A stretch of DNA of 64,000 nt from Eledone cirrhosa (taxonomy: Eukaryota), in contig OZ024747.1 of NCBI GenBank assembly GCA_964016885.1, positions 51,894,001 to 51,958,000 on the forward strand, in the 5' to 3' direction. The position numbers and the translations under genes are program-made. Shown piece by piece: positions 26,518 to 41,511 of this stretch (position 1 is its first letter; each line of letters starts with the position of its first letter). A model generated the notes under the pieces. The model was not told the origin of the DNA. It saw nothing but the letters and a program-made list of their open reading frames with translations, and did not search any database.

Positions 26518-27420
26518 ATGGAAGAGATACGCAGCACTTCACGCCAGCTGTCACGTGACGGCCTCTCAAATGTCAACAATAACATCACCGAATCCACCAC
26601 CACCACCAACATCACCACTGTTACCACTACCACAACTACAGACAAGGCTACCAAAGCCATCAACAAAAAAAAACAACAACAACAACAACAACAACGGCAA
26701 CGACAAAAACAGCAAAAAACGCCAAAATCAACGGCAACGACAACAACAACAACAACAACAGCAAAAATAACAAAACCAACAGCAACAACGGTAACAACAC
26801 TGAGGAAGACAACAACAATAACAACAACTCGAATAAGGACGACAACAGTAGCAGCAACAGCAACAATAACAACAACAGTAATGGCAACAATAGCACCAGC
26901 AACAACGACAGCAAATACAACAAAATCCCATTAGCAGCTACGTCTGCGAAAACTGCGGAATTATTCCATATGAGCTTGAGTAGGAGGGGAGAAAGCTTGG
27001 CTCAGCAGCCAAAATTGTAACATTTGACAAAATCTGGGCCAACCTGGATGTTTTACCTGATGTGTTGGAAGCAACAGAGAGAAAACCGTCATATACAGAT
27101 GTATTAATATTAAGTCCAAAAAGGAGAAGGTCCCACCATCCGAGGTAGAGGCAGCACTAATGGGCTTAATGCTAGTTATTTAAGACATGGCAAGAGTTTG
27201 TGGTGTTCTCGGTGTTCTTCAATAGCGAAGCCCTTGCAAAATAATATCCTGTGGTCACCAGCAAAACGGCCTAATTTATTTTGTTTCCCTTTCACATGGG
27301 GAGAAGGAAACTCAGGATCCTCATTGTTAGGATACTGCCAGAAATAGACAGCTGGATCCTAGCAAGCATAATCCTAGAAGGAGCAGAACTCTCCTCAAGG
27401 TAAAAAGGACTCGAAGGGAG
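26518..27420 (+). pseudogene. Possible decayed LINE ORF1 (Tx1/L1-like) with (CAA)n-rich N-terminus
   Basis: Thr-rich ORF followed by broken coding-like segments (VPPSEVEAAL; HMGRRKLRILIVRILPEIDSWILASII); family assignment is inference. Confidence 0.3.
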
Positions 27421-27451
27421 AATTCATACACACACATACACATATATGTTT

Positions 27452-27509
<58 letters not shown>

Positions 27510-27799
27510 GGGGGGTGTATGTATGTGTGTGTTTGTGTGTGTGTGTGTGTGGGTGTGGGTGTGGGTGTGGGTGTTTGTGTGTAAAGATGTTAGAAAAACC
27601 ACAAACCCTCCATCTAATTTTTACTTTTGAAAAGCAGAAGAACTGCGCAACCGGTAAAGAAACAAAATAAATATATATTTTTAAAGACTCAAAAAAGACT
27701 CCAGTTGCATTTTCAATTTTATCTTTTTTCCTTATACTTTTACTCGTGGAGGACACCCCAGATTTTTTTCATTTTGTAAAAAAACCGCACTTTCAAATT

Positions 27800-27829
<30 letters not shown>

Positions 27830-27831
<2 letters not shown>

Positions 27832-28321
27832 TGAAAGACGTAAAATAAGAAAATTTTAAAAATTAACTTACTTACTAAAATTTTCACTCCAACTAATTAG
27901 TTTCTGTAAGGCAATAAATATAGTTACGCAACGCAACTATAGAGAAGTCCTTACGTCATCAGGGAGTCTATTCTCAGCTAGGTTCCCAGGCAATGCGCGA
28001 ACACTAGGATCCCATATAAAAATAATAATTCAGTGGATGGAATAAAGCTAGCGGGGACTAAATTCCAGGGCACTGAAAAAATTCACTGCCTACTTGGTCA
28101 GTGGCAAATTCTGAAGAATCAATCACGTGACACTGAGGTTAATCAGTGAGGAGTGGGGTGGTATTATGACAAGAGCCTAACTACTACCATGAACCATAGC
28201 AGTAAATTTCGGCAAGTTTTGCTCAACAAATAATTTGGAGATAAATATAGAGAATTAGTATATCTACCAACATATATAGTAAGTTAATTTTTAAAATTTT
28301 CTTATTTTACGTCTTTCATAT
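27830..28321. mobile_element. Element with ~43-bp inverted repeats enclosing an HHR
   Basis: tatgaaagacgtaaaataagaaaattttaaaaattaacttact and its reverse complement at about 28278-28320. Confidence 0.75.
27886..27967 (-). ncRNA. Type-I hammerhead ribozyme with extended stem II
   Basis: ACTCC CTGATGA cGTAAGG..TATAGTTGCG tTG CGTAACTATA..CCTTACa GAAAC TAATTA GTT^GGAGT. Confidence 0.85.
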
Positions 28322-29328
28322 AATTGTTCTGCATCCCCCTGCATAGAACCACAAAGGTACTAAGGCATAACATATATATTTGCTAGCATGGGTATACATC
28401 TGTATACATATGTTGGTAGATATACTAATTATCTATATTTATATATATTTATATATATACATTTCACACAAATTGTCTGCGCATCATATGTGGCGTAACA
28501 TAACAAGATCGCATAACAAATATAGAAATGTTCACACCCACAGAGCAATCACATCTCTATGTTCAGGTTTGAAACTGGTGATTGACATGGATTGGTCATC
28601 AAATCCGGCATCCAATTAGTAACTTCCATGCTGAGTGTTTTCTGCTACATCAACTACCAGGAGGTCACCGCAAGAGACAAAGACCACATTCCAGAGAATG
28701 TTCACAAAACAACTGAAAGCATAAATTTCTGCAAATCAGCAAGAAGCCAATGATAGAAACATTTAGGCAGCTTTTATTTTATCTCCCACGTGACATTATG
28801 ACATTATTTCAATATGGTTTATGTATGTACACGTATTTCCCTGTGTTTTATTATTTCATTTGAAATAATGAATATTGATTGATTGATTGACATACACACA
28901 CACATACATACATACACACACACACACACCTACATACATACATACGTACATGATGGCCGGCCCCTCGTTATCGAGTATGGCCATTGCACGATATACCATT
29001 ATTAATAAATATTAATTAAAGCTATCGTGCAATGCTTTTGCATGAAGGTTTTTTAAAGTGAGGAAAGACTGTGCACTGAGCCAATCCCACTCTCTGGGCG
29101 ACAGTAGCTCGAAAAAAAGAAAAGATCAACATCATCGGTAACTACTGAGCCGCAGGTTTTATATCGGAGTTATCCCAGTTTCCTGAGTTGCCTTCTCCTA
29201 GAAGAATGCCCTGACAAATGCTAAGGGTCCTTCACTTCTAGTGGTTCAGCCGCGTGATCGGGTATCCAGCCCGATTATTTCTAAGTCCCCACGCATATAC
29301 ATACATACTCACACATGCATATACATGT

Positions 29329-29379
<51 letters not shown>

Positions 29380-29419
29380 ATTAAATAAATGGAAAACTAT
29401 ATTTATAAAACCATATTTA

Positions 29420-29481
29420 TTTCATTATATATATTTCGGGGATATCATATTAACAATATGCTATGCCTTCATCAGACAAAA
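29420..29481 (-). ncRNA. Type-I hammerhead ribozyme
   Basis: Reverse complement of 29643-29704. Confidence 0.75.
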
Positions 29482-29642
29482 TACAATATAAACAGTTTTA
29501 TAGATAAATATATTCGACATACCGTAATAAACATCAACTTCATTTGAAGAGGTTCACTCTAGCAGAGTGAACCTCTTCAAATGAAGTTGATGTTTATTAC
29601 GGTATGTCGAATATATTTATCTATAAAACTGTTTATATTGTA

Positions 29643-29704
29643 TTTTGTCTGATGAAGGCATAGCATATTGTTAATATGATATCCCCGAAATATATATAAT
29701 GAAA
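29643..29704 (+). ncRNA. Type-I hammerhead ribozyme
   Basis: TTTTGT CTGATGA aGG..CATATTgttAATATG..CC GAAA TATATA TA^ATGAAA. Confidence 0.75.
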
Positions 29705-29834
29705 TAAATATGGTTTTATAAATATAGTTTTCCATTTATTTAATATTGTAAATATACTCCAAGTATTTGTCGAGTGCTTTTATATCAGTTATAAATATTT
29801 ACTAGTTGTAACCCAACAATTTTAAATATAACTT

Positions 29835-29935
<101 letters not shown>

Positions 29936-30546
29936 GTATATACATATTTACACATTTTGGGATGGCCGTTGACTCTCATCAGTTCTTCCGCACTGTGTCA
30001 GGTTTTTGTTTTTTGTCCTGCATGGTGTCCAAAATCACCCTCCTCAACAAGTAAACCTGGGTTGCCAGTTTAGTCGCGACGACCTGGCAGGTTATACTGG
30101 CTTACACTCAAGAGGGACCCAACATAAATACATACATACATATGCATGTGTGATTGAGCATAACCTGTTATTTTATTAGTTGTTAAAGACAATTGCAAAT
30201 CTTTCGTTGTTCTATATTGTCACAACATTTGAAGGAACATCGAATCCAACTTTATATACGCAAATATAAAATATACCCACTTATATGATTAATATATATG
30301 GGAGACTATGTGCAAAAGTATGCATGGAGTTTTTGATATATGTATGTATATGTGTGGATGTGTGTATATATGTGTATGTATGTGTCTGTGAGTGTATGTA
30401 TGTGTGTGTGTGTGTAAGAGTGTGTGTATGTGTGCGTGTATTTGTATGTGTGACTGTTTGTGTGTGGGTGTGTGTGTATGTGTGTATGTATGTATGTATG
30501 TATTTGTGTGTGTGTCTCTGTGTGTGTGTGTGTCTCTGTGTGTGTA

Positions 30547-30613
<67 letters not shown>

Positions 30614-30877
30614 CTGTGTACAGTAGATCATTTAAAGTATGTCTATGTCCACAACAGCACCGGAACAGATTACGTGCAAACTTATTGTTATATTGTTATG
30701 AGTATATAAATATAATCAGATGATTACATGTATGAACGTACATAAATACATATACAGAGATATAAGCAGCGCACATTGTGTGTATATGTATATATATATA
30801 TGTGTGTGTGTGTGTGTGCGTGTGTGTGTGTGTGTGTGTAAATATGCATATGTATGTTAGGGCGAGAAATGCAATTC

Positions 30878-30922
<45 letters not shown>

Positions 30923-30930
30923 TTACCTAC

Positions 30931-30968
<38 letters not shown>

Positions 30969-30973
30969 TTACC

Positions 30974-31028
<55 letters not shown>

Positions 31029-31033
31029 TTACC

Positions 31034-31074
<41 letters not shown>

Positions 31075-31238
31075 TTACCTATATGTGTGTATATATATAT
31101 ATACATATGTATATATATATATATATATATATACATACATATATATCAATATATATATATACATACATATCTCTCTCTCTATATATATATACACAAACAC
31201 CCTCAAATATATATGTGTATGTATGTGTGTATGTATAA

Positions 31239-31280
<42 letters not shown>

Positions 31281-31296
31281 ACATGCATTTATACAT

Positions 31297-31380
<84 letters not shown>

Positions 31381-31864
31381 ATGCATTTATACATACACAC
31401 ATATATATATATATATTTCCACATATACATATTCAACTTATGAAACAAAATTTCAGGAGCATGTAAAATGATTAGAATCATCTTCAAAAGAAGAACAATA
31501 AAAAAAATATATTACAAAATATTACAAAATCTTTGAAAAATATAAATATATAAAAATATAAAAAAACTAATAAATAAAAAACAAAAACATCTGAAATCCA
31601 AATGTTTAAACCTGACACAAATTTTAATTAACGGGAAAAATTCTTTCTAAATTGACGAATAAATGAGGAAGAGATTTAAAAGAGGTTTCTCTATTTTTTT
31701 CCCAGATAAATAATTCTTTTCTTTGCAGCCTAATCTAAAGATTGTTAGACGCAGTTCAAAAATCTGCATTGTCGTTCGTTATCGTAGTGTAATTGTGGTG
31801 ATGCACCATATTCTATTTTGCAATTGCGGCTCCCCCCTCGGGTTGATGGCTAATTAGGGTGTTA

Positions 31865-32300
31865 TGTGTGTCTATGTGTATATCTATCTATCTACGTATG
31901 TGTATATCTATCTATCTACGTATGTGTATATCTATTTATCTACGCATGTGTATATCTATCTATCTACGCATGTGTATATCTATCTATCTACGCATGTGTA
32001 TATCTATTTATCTACGTATGTGTATATCTATCTATCTACGCATGTGTATATATATCTATCTACGTATGTGTATATCTATCTATCTACGTATGTGTATATC
32101 TATCTATCTACGTATGTGTATATCTATCTATCTACGCCTGTGTATATCTATTTATCTACGCATGTGTATATATATCTATCTACGCATGAGTATATCTATC
32201 TATCTATCTACTTATGTGTATATATATCTATCTACGCATGTGTATATCTATTTATCTACGCCTGTGTATATCTATCTATCTACGCATGTGTATATCTATG
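31865..32300. repeat. Tandem array, 24-bp unit
   Basis: tgtgtatatctatctatctacgca. Confidence 0.93.
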
Positions 32301-32510
32301 CATTATTATCCATGAGTATGTATGTGAGCGTGTGCATCTGTATGTGCATTATGTGCATATGTGTATATGTGCGGATGGGTGCGTGTGTTGGAAGAGAGAA
32401 AGAAGGAAAAGATGTGCAAATGATAGATAAAGGGAGATACTGTAAGAATATATGTACGTAGGCAGACGCGTAGAATCGCACATATATGTATATCTGTGTG
32501 TGTATAAAAT

Positions 32511-32647
<137 letters not shown>

Positions 32648-32721
32648 TATATATCTTTATTATTCTGTATTGTTTGCTCTGTTGTTTCCACTTTCTTTTT
32701 GCCTACATATACATGCTCGTA

Positions 32722-32827
<106 letters not shown>

Positions 32828-32828
32828 T

Positions 32829-32859
<31 letters not shown>

Positions 32860-32893
32860 CGCGTGTGTGTGTGTGGGTGTGTGTGTGTGTGTG

Positions 32894-32989
<96 letters not shown>

Positions 32990-33249
32990 TGTGTGTAGGA
33001 GAGAGAGAGAGAAAGAGAGAGAGGCAAGCATAACTAGATAGAAAAATTGACAGATAATTACAAATATCTATTCAGTTTAATAAATTCATTGCCATTGTTA
33101 TTTTCAACGAAAAATCTATCTCACTTTTGATTCTTTTATATATGTCATTTGGACGTGCAGACGTAGACACACATAATTCTAACTATGCAGATTTCCAAAC
33201 ATTCATATATATATATTCACATATATATATATTCACATATATATATATT

Positions 33250-33322
<73 letters not shown>

Positions 33323-33527
33323 CTATATATACATATACCTATATATGGAGTGAGGTTGCGTGTGTGTGTGTGTGTGTGTGTTTGTGTGTAGCTTATTATG
33401 TTAGATAAATAGACTTATAGGAAACTAGATAGATAGGTAACAGCTAGAGTATTTATTCAAATTGTCCATGTGTATATATCGTTGTGTGCATATTTATGTG
33501 TGTCTCTGTATTTGTGTGAGTGTATGT

Positions 33528-33567
<40 letters not shown>

Positions 33568-34565
33568 AAAATTAGTATTTCTGATAGAAGAAATAGAATG
33601 ATGACAGATTTGTAAAGGTTAGATATATAGATCTAATATTTCTGTTGTCTTGATATATTAATACTTCTTCTTTTAGCGCATGTGAATTCGATCATTCTTT
33701 CAAAATAGAGATAACTTGTAACAGTGACATTCATAAGGTCTATTTGAGATTAACGTATAATGTGAATCACCTCACATTTCTATTGGAGATTCCCGCAATC
33801 CTTACCAATACGAAAATCCAATATGTAAACCCCAGAAAATATATTTAAGAAAATAATAATTCTTTTTTTACATCACCATTAACCTATCACTATAGATTCT
33901 ATATCACATCTGTTCACCAAGAAATAAATTTTTATACAATTCATCAAAACATTTACTTCGTAATAGAGTTATATAAACATACAGAAAAAGAAAGCACTAT
34001 AAATGAGAGAAAAACGAGGAGAAAGAAACGAGTACTAGTTATATATTATTGTTAGTTCTATTTGTTCCAATAGAAATTAATCGTATTAGGATGAAGTAAA
34101 CCATGATTTCAATTGTGATTTAGCCTCTGAGCGTGTCAGGAAACTCACTATTCATAGTTTAATGCTTAAATATCATTGGATACTATCGGGAGTTTAGCTA
34201 GATCATTTTGAGTCGCAGAAAACCGAGAAAGAGAACATTTATATCTGATGAAGAAATAATGAACAAGGCTGACAGTGGACGGATTGGAACTCAGAACAAT
34301 GCTCTAAAGATTCTGTCAATCAGCCACTTTTTTAGAATTAACTAGAGATTGAAAAACAACTGCAACCTAAACTTTGTAGCTTGTTTACCATTCCACATAA
34401 CCATATATATCTTAAGGTAAAACTATAATAAAGGTTTCTAATTTATGTACAAGACCAGTAAATTGGGAGAGATGAATGTCCAGTACATGGACCTCAGTAT
34501 TTGACTGGTATTTAATTAATAAACCTGGAAGGATTAACGACGAAGTCAACTTTGGTTGGACTTGA

Positions 34566-34900
34566 TATCTTCTTCTTCTTCTTCTTCTTCTTCTTCTTCA
34601 CCCACTTATTTCAGCGGGTCATGTCAGAAGCAGTCTTCTTCGTCCACTTATTCGTGAAAGGGTTGTGGAGACAGATTCCTCAAACACTCCTTCCAGCAGG
34701 TCTTGTCAGAAGCAAAGACTCTTCGGGTGAACCCCATTTCGACCGTTTGTATTCGCGATCGCATTCTTTCGGTCATTTCCCAATTTTCATTTGAAATCAG
34801 AATGTAAAAATCGGTAAAAAATTCAGTCCGAGATTTCAACGTTTGTGCCTTTGTTGAATCTACTTCCGTCGGTTTCGACGATGAATGCCCAAGTGATTAA
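34566..34900 (-). mobile_element. RTE-like LINE 3' fragment with (GAA)n tail
   Basis: ENWEMTERMRSRIQTVEMGFTRR resembles RTE C-terminal ExW..RIQA.EM.FLRR; (CTT)n on plus strand. Confidence 0.6.
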
Positions 34901-35156
34901 CAAAATCTCCTGCTCATGTATGACGCTGAGCAATCCCCAAACATGTGTAATCTTAACGTAAATCTCAAATGTATTGTGAGATTTAACAGGGAGATAAGAG
35001 GAGGAAGCGGGATGACAGTGATTGTGGATAAAAAGGAGTACAGTGATAAAGAAAATAGTTTATATGCATATATGTATGTATAAATATATACACACACAGA
35101 CACACACACACACGCATATATATGTGTGTGTGTGTGTGTGTGTGTTTGTCTGTGTT

Positions 35157-35189
<33 letters not shown>

Positions 35190-35190
35190 G

Positions 35191-35233
<43 letters not shown>

Positions 35234-35238
<5 letters not shown>

Positions 35239-35351
35239 AACGAGTAGGACCCCGACGGCTGAGCTCAAGCCGTTTCGACGGCTAATTCTGAGTCCAGAAT
35301 TCGCCGTCGAAACGGCTTGAGCTCAGCCGTCGGGGTCCTACTCGTTCCTAT
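35234..35351. repeat. Near-perfect 118-bp palindrome holding the 3' half of an HHR in each arm
   Basis: GAAACGGCT tgagctc AGCCGTC GGGG on both strands; related single copy at about 6066-6112. Confidence 0.8.
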
Positions 35352-35427
35352 TACCCACTCGACTACCCTAAGTATTGAGTACTTTGGTGCGTTATGGTCC
35401 ATCTGGTTCCTTACCACATTTCCTTCG

Positions 35428-35476
<49 letters not shown>

Positions 35477-35550
35477 AAAAAAACAAAAACAATAACAAAG
35501 AGTGTAGTACGAACAGTGTTGGTATTAGGTTCACGCTTGAGAGGGGGGGG

Positions 35551-35583
35551 CGACGTTTCAGGCATAAGCCCTTCATCGGGAGA
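35551..35583 (-). ncRNA. Minimal hammerhead motif with CCGATGA core variant
   Basis: ctc CCGATGA AGGGC ttat GCCT GAAACGTC g; stem I poorly supported. Confidence 0.55.
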
Positions 35584-35667
35584 AGGGTGGGAAGGAAAAG
35601 AGTTCCGAGAGGGTGTGAGGGGAAGTGGTGGAAAGACATTAAAAAGAGGGGGAAAATTAAAATGAAG

Positions 35668-35926
<259 letters not shown>

Positions 35927-36084
35927 CTATGATATATATGGTATCAGCAAAGATGTCTATAGTTCATATATCATCGGCAGAACTGTCATTGATTTAAATA
36001 CCACCAACACAGCTGTCTATAGTTCATATACCACAACTAGAGCTGTCATTGATTCATAAACTTTCACCAAAGTACAATCCGCTG

Positions 36085-36830
36085 AGATACAGCACCAGTG
36101 TCACCTATTATTTATAAACTACCACCAAAGTACACTCCATTCAAACACAGCACCAGTGTCACCTATTATTTATAAACTACCACCAAAGTACACTCCATTC
36201 AAACACAGCACCAGTGTCACCTATTATTTATAAACTACCACCAAAGTACACTCCATTCAAACACAGCACCAGTGTCACCTATTATTTATAAACTACTACT
36301 AGAACTGTCTTCGTTCATATATAGCACCAATGTTGTCCAATGTTCATATAACAATTCCAGAACCTGCTGTTCTTTGTATAACATACCCAGAACCTGCTGT
36401 CTTTTATATACCATCACTGGAACTTACTGTCCTTCATATGACATCACTGGAGCTTACTGTCCTTTATATGACGTCGCTAGAACTCACTGACGTTTATATG
36501 ACGTCACTAGAACTTACAGTCCTTTATTTGACGTTACGAGAGCCAACTGTCCTTTATTTGATGTTACGAGAGCCAACTGTCCTTTATTTGACGTTACGAG
36601 AGCCAACTGTCCTTTATTTGACGTCACTAGGACTTACTGTCTTTTATATGATGTCCCTAGAGCCTACTTTTTTTATATGACGTCACTAGAGCTTACTGTC
36701 CTTTATATGACGTCACTAGGTCATACTGTTCTTCATATGACGTCACTGGATCTTGCTGTTCTTCATATGACATCATTATAACTTGTTAACATTCATATGA
36801 CATCACCGGAGATTGCTGTCCTTCCTACTT
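36085..36830. repeat. 58-bp tandem repeat (about 3.5 copies) followed by a degenerate 30-bp tandem repeat
   Basis: cagcaccagtgtcacctattatttataaact...; tatgacgtcactagagcttactgtccttta. Confidence 0.85.
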
Positions 36831-37507
36831 GATACTCAGGACTCGCTCTATTTCACACACCTTCACAATTATTGTCCATATTTCATATATACTCATGGGC
36901 TGATACACATGATTCAAATAAAATTAATAGATCTACTCGGGTGTGCATATATCGAGCAGTCGATGTCTCTTAATCGGATCTGTACAAAACATGCCAGGAC
37001 AGCACCTCAAGTCCATCAATGTAAAATGAAAGACAGCCTTGCCCAAACAGTGCTGCTTATTCGGGATTGCCCACCCTCAGATGTTTTCCCGGCGGCCTTG
37101 GAGCAATACATAATACTACAAACAACGCCTTAGCCTGGTTCACCAATCTCAAACTGCATCTCTAACCATTGTATGTCATACGACAAAAAGAAATTCTACT
37201 CAAGTTAATTTTAACGACGTTCTGTGTACACGGGCAATATCTGTCGCAATTACAGTTATTCTAACTAATATATACTGTTCCTATGTAAAACTGATCACTG
37301 TGAGGGCCAGCAAGGTCTTGTGATTAAAGAATAGTCTGATAAGATTTCAGTTAAAATCCTGTGATATATTGTGGTCGGCCTACCTTACAAGTAATTATAA
37401 TGTCCGCAATATTTGATACAATCAAATCCACGACTCTTTATTTCAAAGTAGATTCTGTATGAATAACTAAAGGGTACACACACACACACACTCACACACA
37501 CGCAAAT

Positions 37508-37574
<67 letters not shown>

Positions 37575-37749
37575 CACACACTTATATATATATAGTTGTG
37601 TGTGTGTGTAAGTATGTATGCATGTGTTTATGTCTTTGTACGTGAATGTATGAACACAAACTCACATAAACAAATGAACAGAGACATACAAACACGCACA
37701 CATAAAAGCACAAATACACGGAAACACAAACACACACACACCCCCACAA

Positions 37750-37785
<36 letters not shown>

Positions 37786-39436
37786 GCATACATACATACT
37801 TACATACGTCCCTACACATTTACACACATCCACACATACAAACGTACATATATACATACACACATAGAAACAATAGCATATAAGTACATAAAAAAGCACG
37901 CACATACAGAAACTAACACTGACACACGCACAAATATATATATATACACACGTATGTGTGTGTGTAGGTAAGGGTGAAACAACATACCACAATAAATATC
38001 GATCTAGGACTCTTTTGATATAAATTTCGGTTTTCAGAATTTTAATTGGAGTATTGATTTTCTTTTATACATTTTGTGTGTGTGTTGGTGTGTGTATATG
38101 TGTGTATGCGTACACGTGTGCGTGCTTTTGACTGTGTGTGTGTTTGTGTGTATATTTATGTAAATATGCTTTTGTTATGTTAGTAATTGTATCTGAGGGT
38201 ATGTGTGTTCGTATATATATATATATACACTTTACGTATATATGGTATATATATATATATATATATGAAATTACATACAATACATCTATAACTCTATTTA
38301 TCTATACTCACACACATACATATGTGTGTGCACATATACGTATGCATATACATATGCATACACACACACACATTCACACATCCACACACCCATGCACACA
38401 CACACACACACACACAAACAAACAAACGTGATATATATATTAATACTCACATACTCTTATACATAGCTATGTAAATATATATATATATTTATATATATAT
38501 ATATAAACATACACAAACATAGTCACATACAAACAGACAGACAGATATATACACATACATATATATAAGTACGTTTGTGAGTATGTTTTAACAAATAAAA
38601 ATTGGTTGTTTTTTGTCTGTTTTTGTCCATTTTCAACAATAATTCGTTTATTTTTATTAAAATCTTTTCTATTATGTTTTCCATTGAAATATGAAAGAAA
38701 TTTCGAGATTGTAAACAAAACTCTAGCTAATTGCTGCAATGTAAAGGTGTGAGACAGACGGTGATATAGACAGACATATAGTGATATAGACAGACGGTGA
38801 TATAGAGAGACATATAGACAGAGAGATAGTGTTGGAAAAGGTATAAGGTACATAGTTTAGTGCTTAAAGTGCTCCCCGCTCACGATAGTAATTTCCTGAT
38901 TTCAATTCTGAGGAGTGTGGTATGTCCTAGAGCAAACCACTTTATTTCATGTTGCTTCGGTTCAGTGAAGTGGAAGATAAAATATTAGATATACATGTAA
39001 TTCAAAGGTCCAGGTTTCTCGCACACCGTGTCTGCGGAATGCTCAGTCACTTGTACATTCATTTCACGTTTTGCAGTTTCGAACTGGTGGAAAACTCGTC
39101 TGAGATCTCATACAGTAACAACATACTTATAGGTGATAGGAGGAGAAGTATATGGCAGTGTGGATTGGTGTCGATATAGCTGTTCTGTTCAACAAACGGC
39201 TGAGCAGCCGCGTGTTCCCTGATTCAATTCCAATGTTTGGCAACATGGTTAAACGTATAGTGAGCATCTAACTTACCAATGAAATTTGGTCGATGGGAAC
39301 AGTATGTGAGATTTGCATGTGTTTGTGTGTGTGTGTGTGTGTGCACGTACTTGCGTACGTGTCCATATCTACATCACAATAAGACAAGTATAATATTTAA
39401 AAATGTAAGTACAGGGATATATATATATATATATAT

Positions 39437-41150
39437 GGACGCCGAGCTCTGGCCAGTTCAGCACCCTCGACTCCTTTGTCGATACTTGCCGGCGTACTGT
39501 GAATCGGTTCCGTTTCCACCAGCATTCTCGTCGCTCAACATCACGCGGACTGAGCTCTCCGCTCTTCGCAATCTTCGGTGTCGTGATGACATTGTTCTCA
39601 AACCCGCTGATAAAGGTGGCGTCCTATCATTTCTGCGTGCCACTGCCTCACCGAGATAATTTCTGAATATTTAGACATCATCCTCGCCCCGTTGGTCGGC
39701 AATCTCCCCTCCCACATCCACGATACAAATCATGCTCTTAGACTCTTCAACTTTTTCTCCTTCCCTCCTGGTCCCTCCCGCCTTCTCTTTACCCTAGACA
39801 TCACCTCTCTCTATACCGTCATCCCTCATGATGACGGCCTCCGCGCTCTCCAACATTTTTTAGATTTACACCCTACCCCTTACCCCAGCACTACTACTCT
39901 TCTCCGTCTGGTTGAGCTTCTTCTCACCCTCAATGGATCTTCTTTTTCGGGTGAATTTTATCAACAGGTCTCTGGGGTAGCGATGGGAACCAGAATGGGT
40001 CCAAACTATGCCAACTTGTTTGTTGGCTACGTCGAAGCCCAGATCTTCTCCCAGTACGCTGGAGCGACTCCTGAGCTATACGGTCGTTATATCGACGAAT
40101 GTATCGGCGCCACCTCTCTTTCACGAGAACAGCTCGACTGTTTTCTTTCTTTTGTCCAATCTTTCCATCCTGCTCTCAATTTCACCGCCTCCGTCTCCGA
40201 TTCTTCTGTCGCTTTTCTAGATATCTCTCTATCTATTAATCACTCTCACGACACCTCGCTACTTCCATCTTCATTAAACCAACAGAGTCCCAATCTTACC
40301 TCGACTTCACCTCCTACAATCCAACCCACACCAAACACTCCATACCCTATTCCAAATTTCTCACTCTTCGTCAACTCTGTAGCCAGGACGACGATTTCGA
40401 AACCCATTCCCTTCGCATGGCTTCCTGCTTCATCCAGCGTGGATATCCCCCCCCCCCCCCCACCCCACCTTGATCCAATCTGCTCTCACCCGCGCCCGTG
40501 AAACAGACCGCACCACAGCGCTCTCACCTCACTCCCACCCTCCCAACTCCCGTGTTCCTTTCCCTCACTCCTACCACCCTATCACCCTACCACTCCGGCA
40601 ACATATCCTCCGTTCCTTCCGTATCCTCTCTTCTGAGCCCGTCACTTCTCGCTTTTTTCCAAACCCACCCATTACTGCTTTTAAGCGCGCCCGCAACCTC
40701 CGCAACCTCCTGGTTCGCAGTTCCTTTTCGTCCTCTCCCACGACTCCACCGGGCTCTCATCCTTGTTCCCGTTCCCGCTGCAACACTTGTCCCTTTATTT
40801 CCACCCTCACCACTCCTACAGGTCCTAACGGGTCTTTCTGTATCCGCCATTCCTTCACCTGCACATCCACCCACGTTGTCTATACCCTCCAGTGTCCCTT
40901 TGCTGGTCTTTCTATATCGGACAAACGGGACGCCGTATGGCGGACCGTTTTGCCGAACATTTGAGGAACATACGACTCGGTTTGGATACTCATGTCGCCT
41001 GTCATTTCTGTTCTCCCGGTCATTCTTCCCTACATGTTTCAGTCCTGGGTGTCTTTTTACATCATGGGCCATAGGCCTCGCGCACCAGGACTGCACAAAG
41101 TCTGATTCACCGCCTTGAGTACTATCACCTCTTGGACTCAACTCATCTCC
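39437..41150 (+). mobile_element. Decayed Penelope-like element, Neptune-type (RT, Cys linker, GIY-YIG)
   Basis: KPADKGG, DITSLYTVIPH, GVAMGTRMGPNYANLF, RYIDEC (YIDD degenerate), CSRSRCNTC, VVYTLQC/FYIGQTGR..RFAEH; frameshifts and an internal deletion. Confidence 0.9.
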
Positions 41151-41475
41151 CCAATTTGCACACGCACTCTTTTACTCACATATACACACACATTTCTTCA
41201 TAGCTTCGCACAGACGTATAATACCACACACACACACACACACACATGCTTACGCACGTGCTCAAGTATAGCTCTTTTCATAAAACGGTTTTTTTTCCAT
41301 TTCAGGTAGACGCGCTCCATCATCCACTTTTCTAAAAAATAAATCATAAACAAAACGCCAGCACCAACAGTTATGCAAGAGATGTCAACATGAATGGACC
41401 TGTTATTTTTATCTAAAGACATTTTTTACAATTCCATCCCGCCATTCCCCTTTATCTATCTTATTTCTCATTCTT

Positions 41476-41511
41476 TCTTCTGATGAAGGACTAGCGTCCG
41501 AAAGGTTAAGA
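41476..41511 (+). ncRNA. Minimal hammerhead ribozyme in PLE-type terminal repeat
   Basis: TCTT CTGATGA aGGAC tagc GTCC GAAAgGTT AAGA; one substitution in stem III. Confidence 0.75.
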
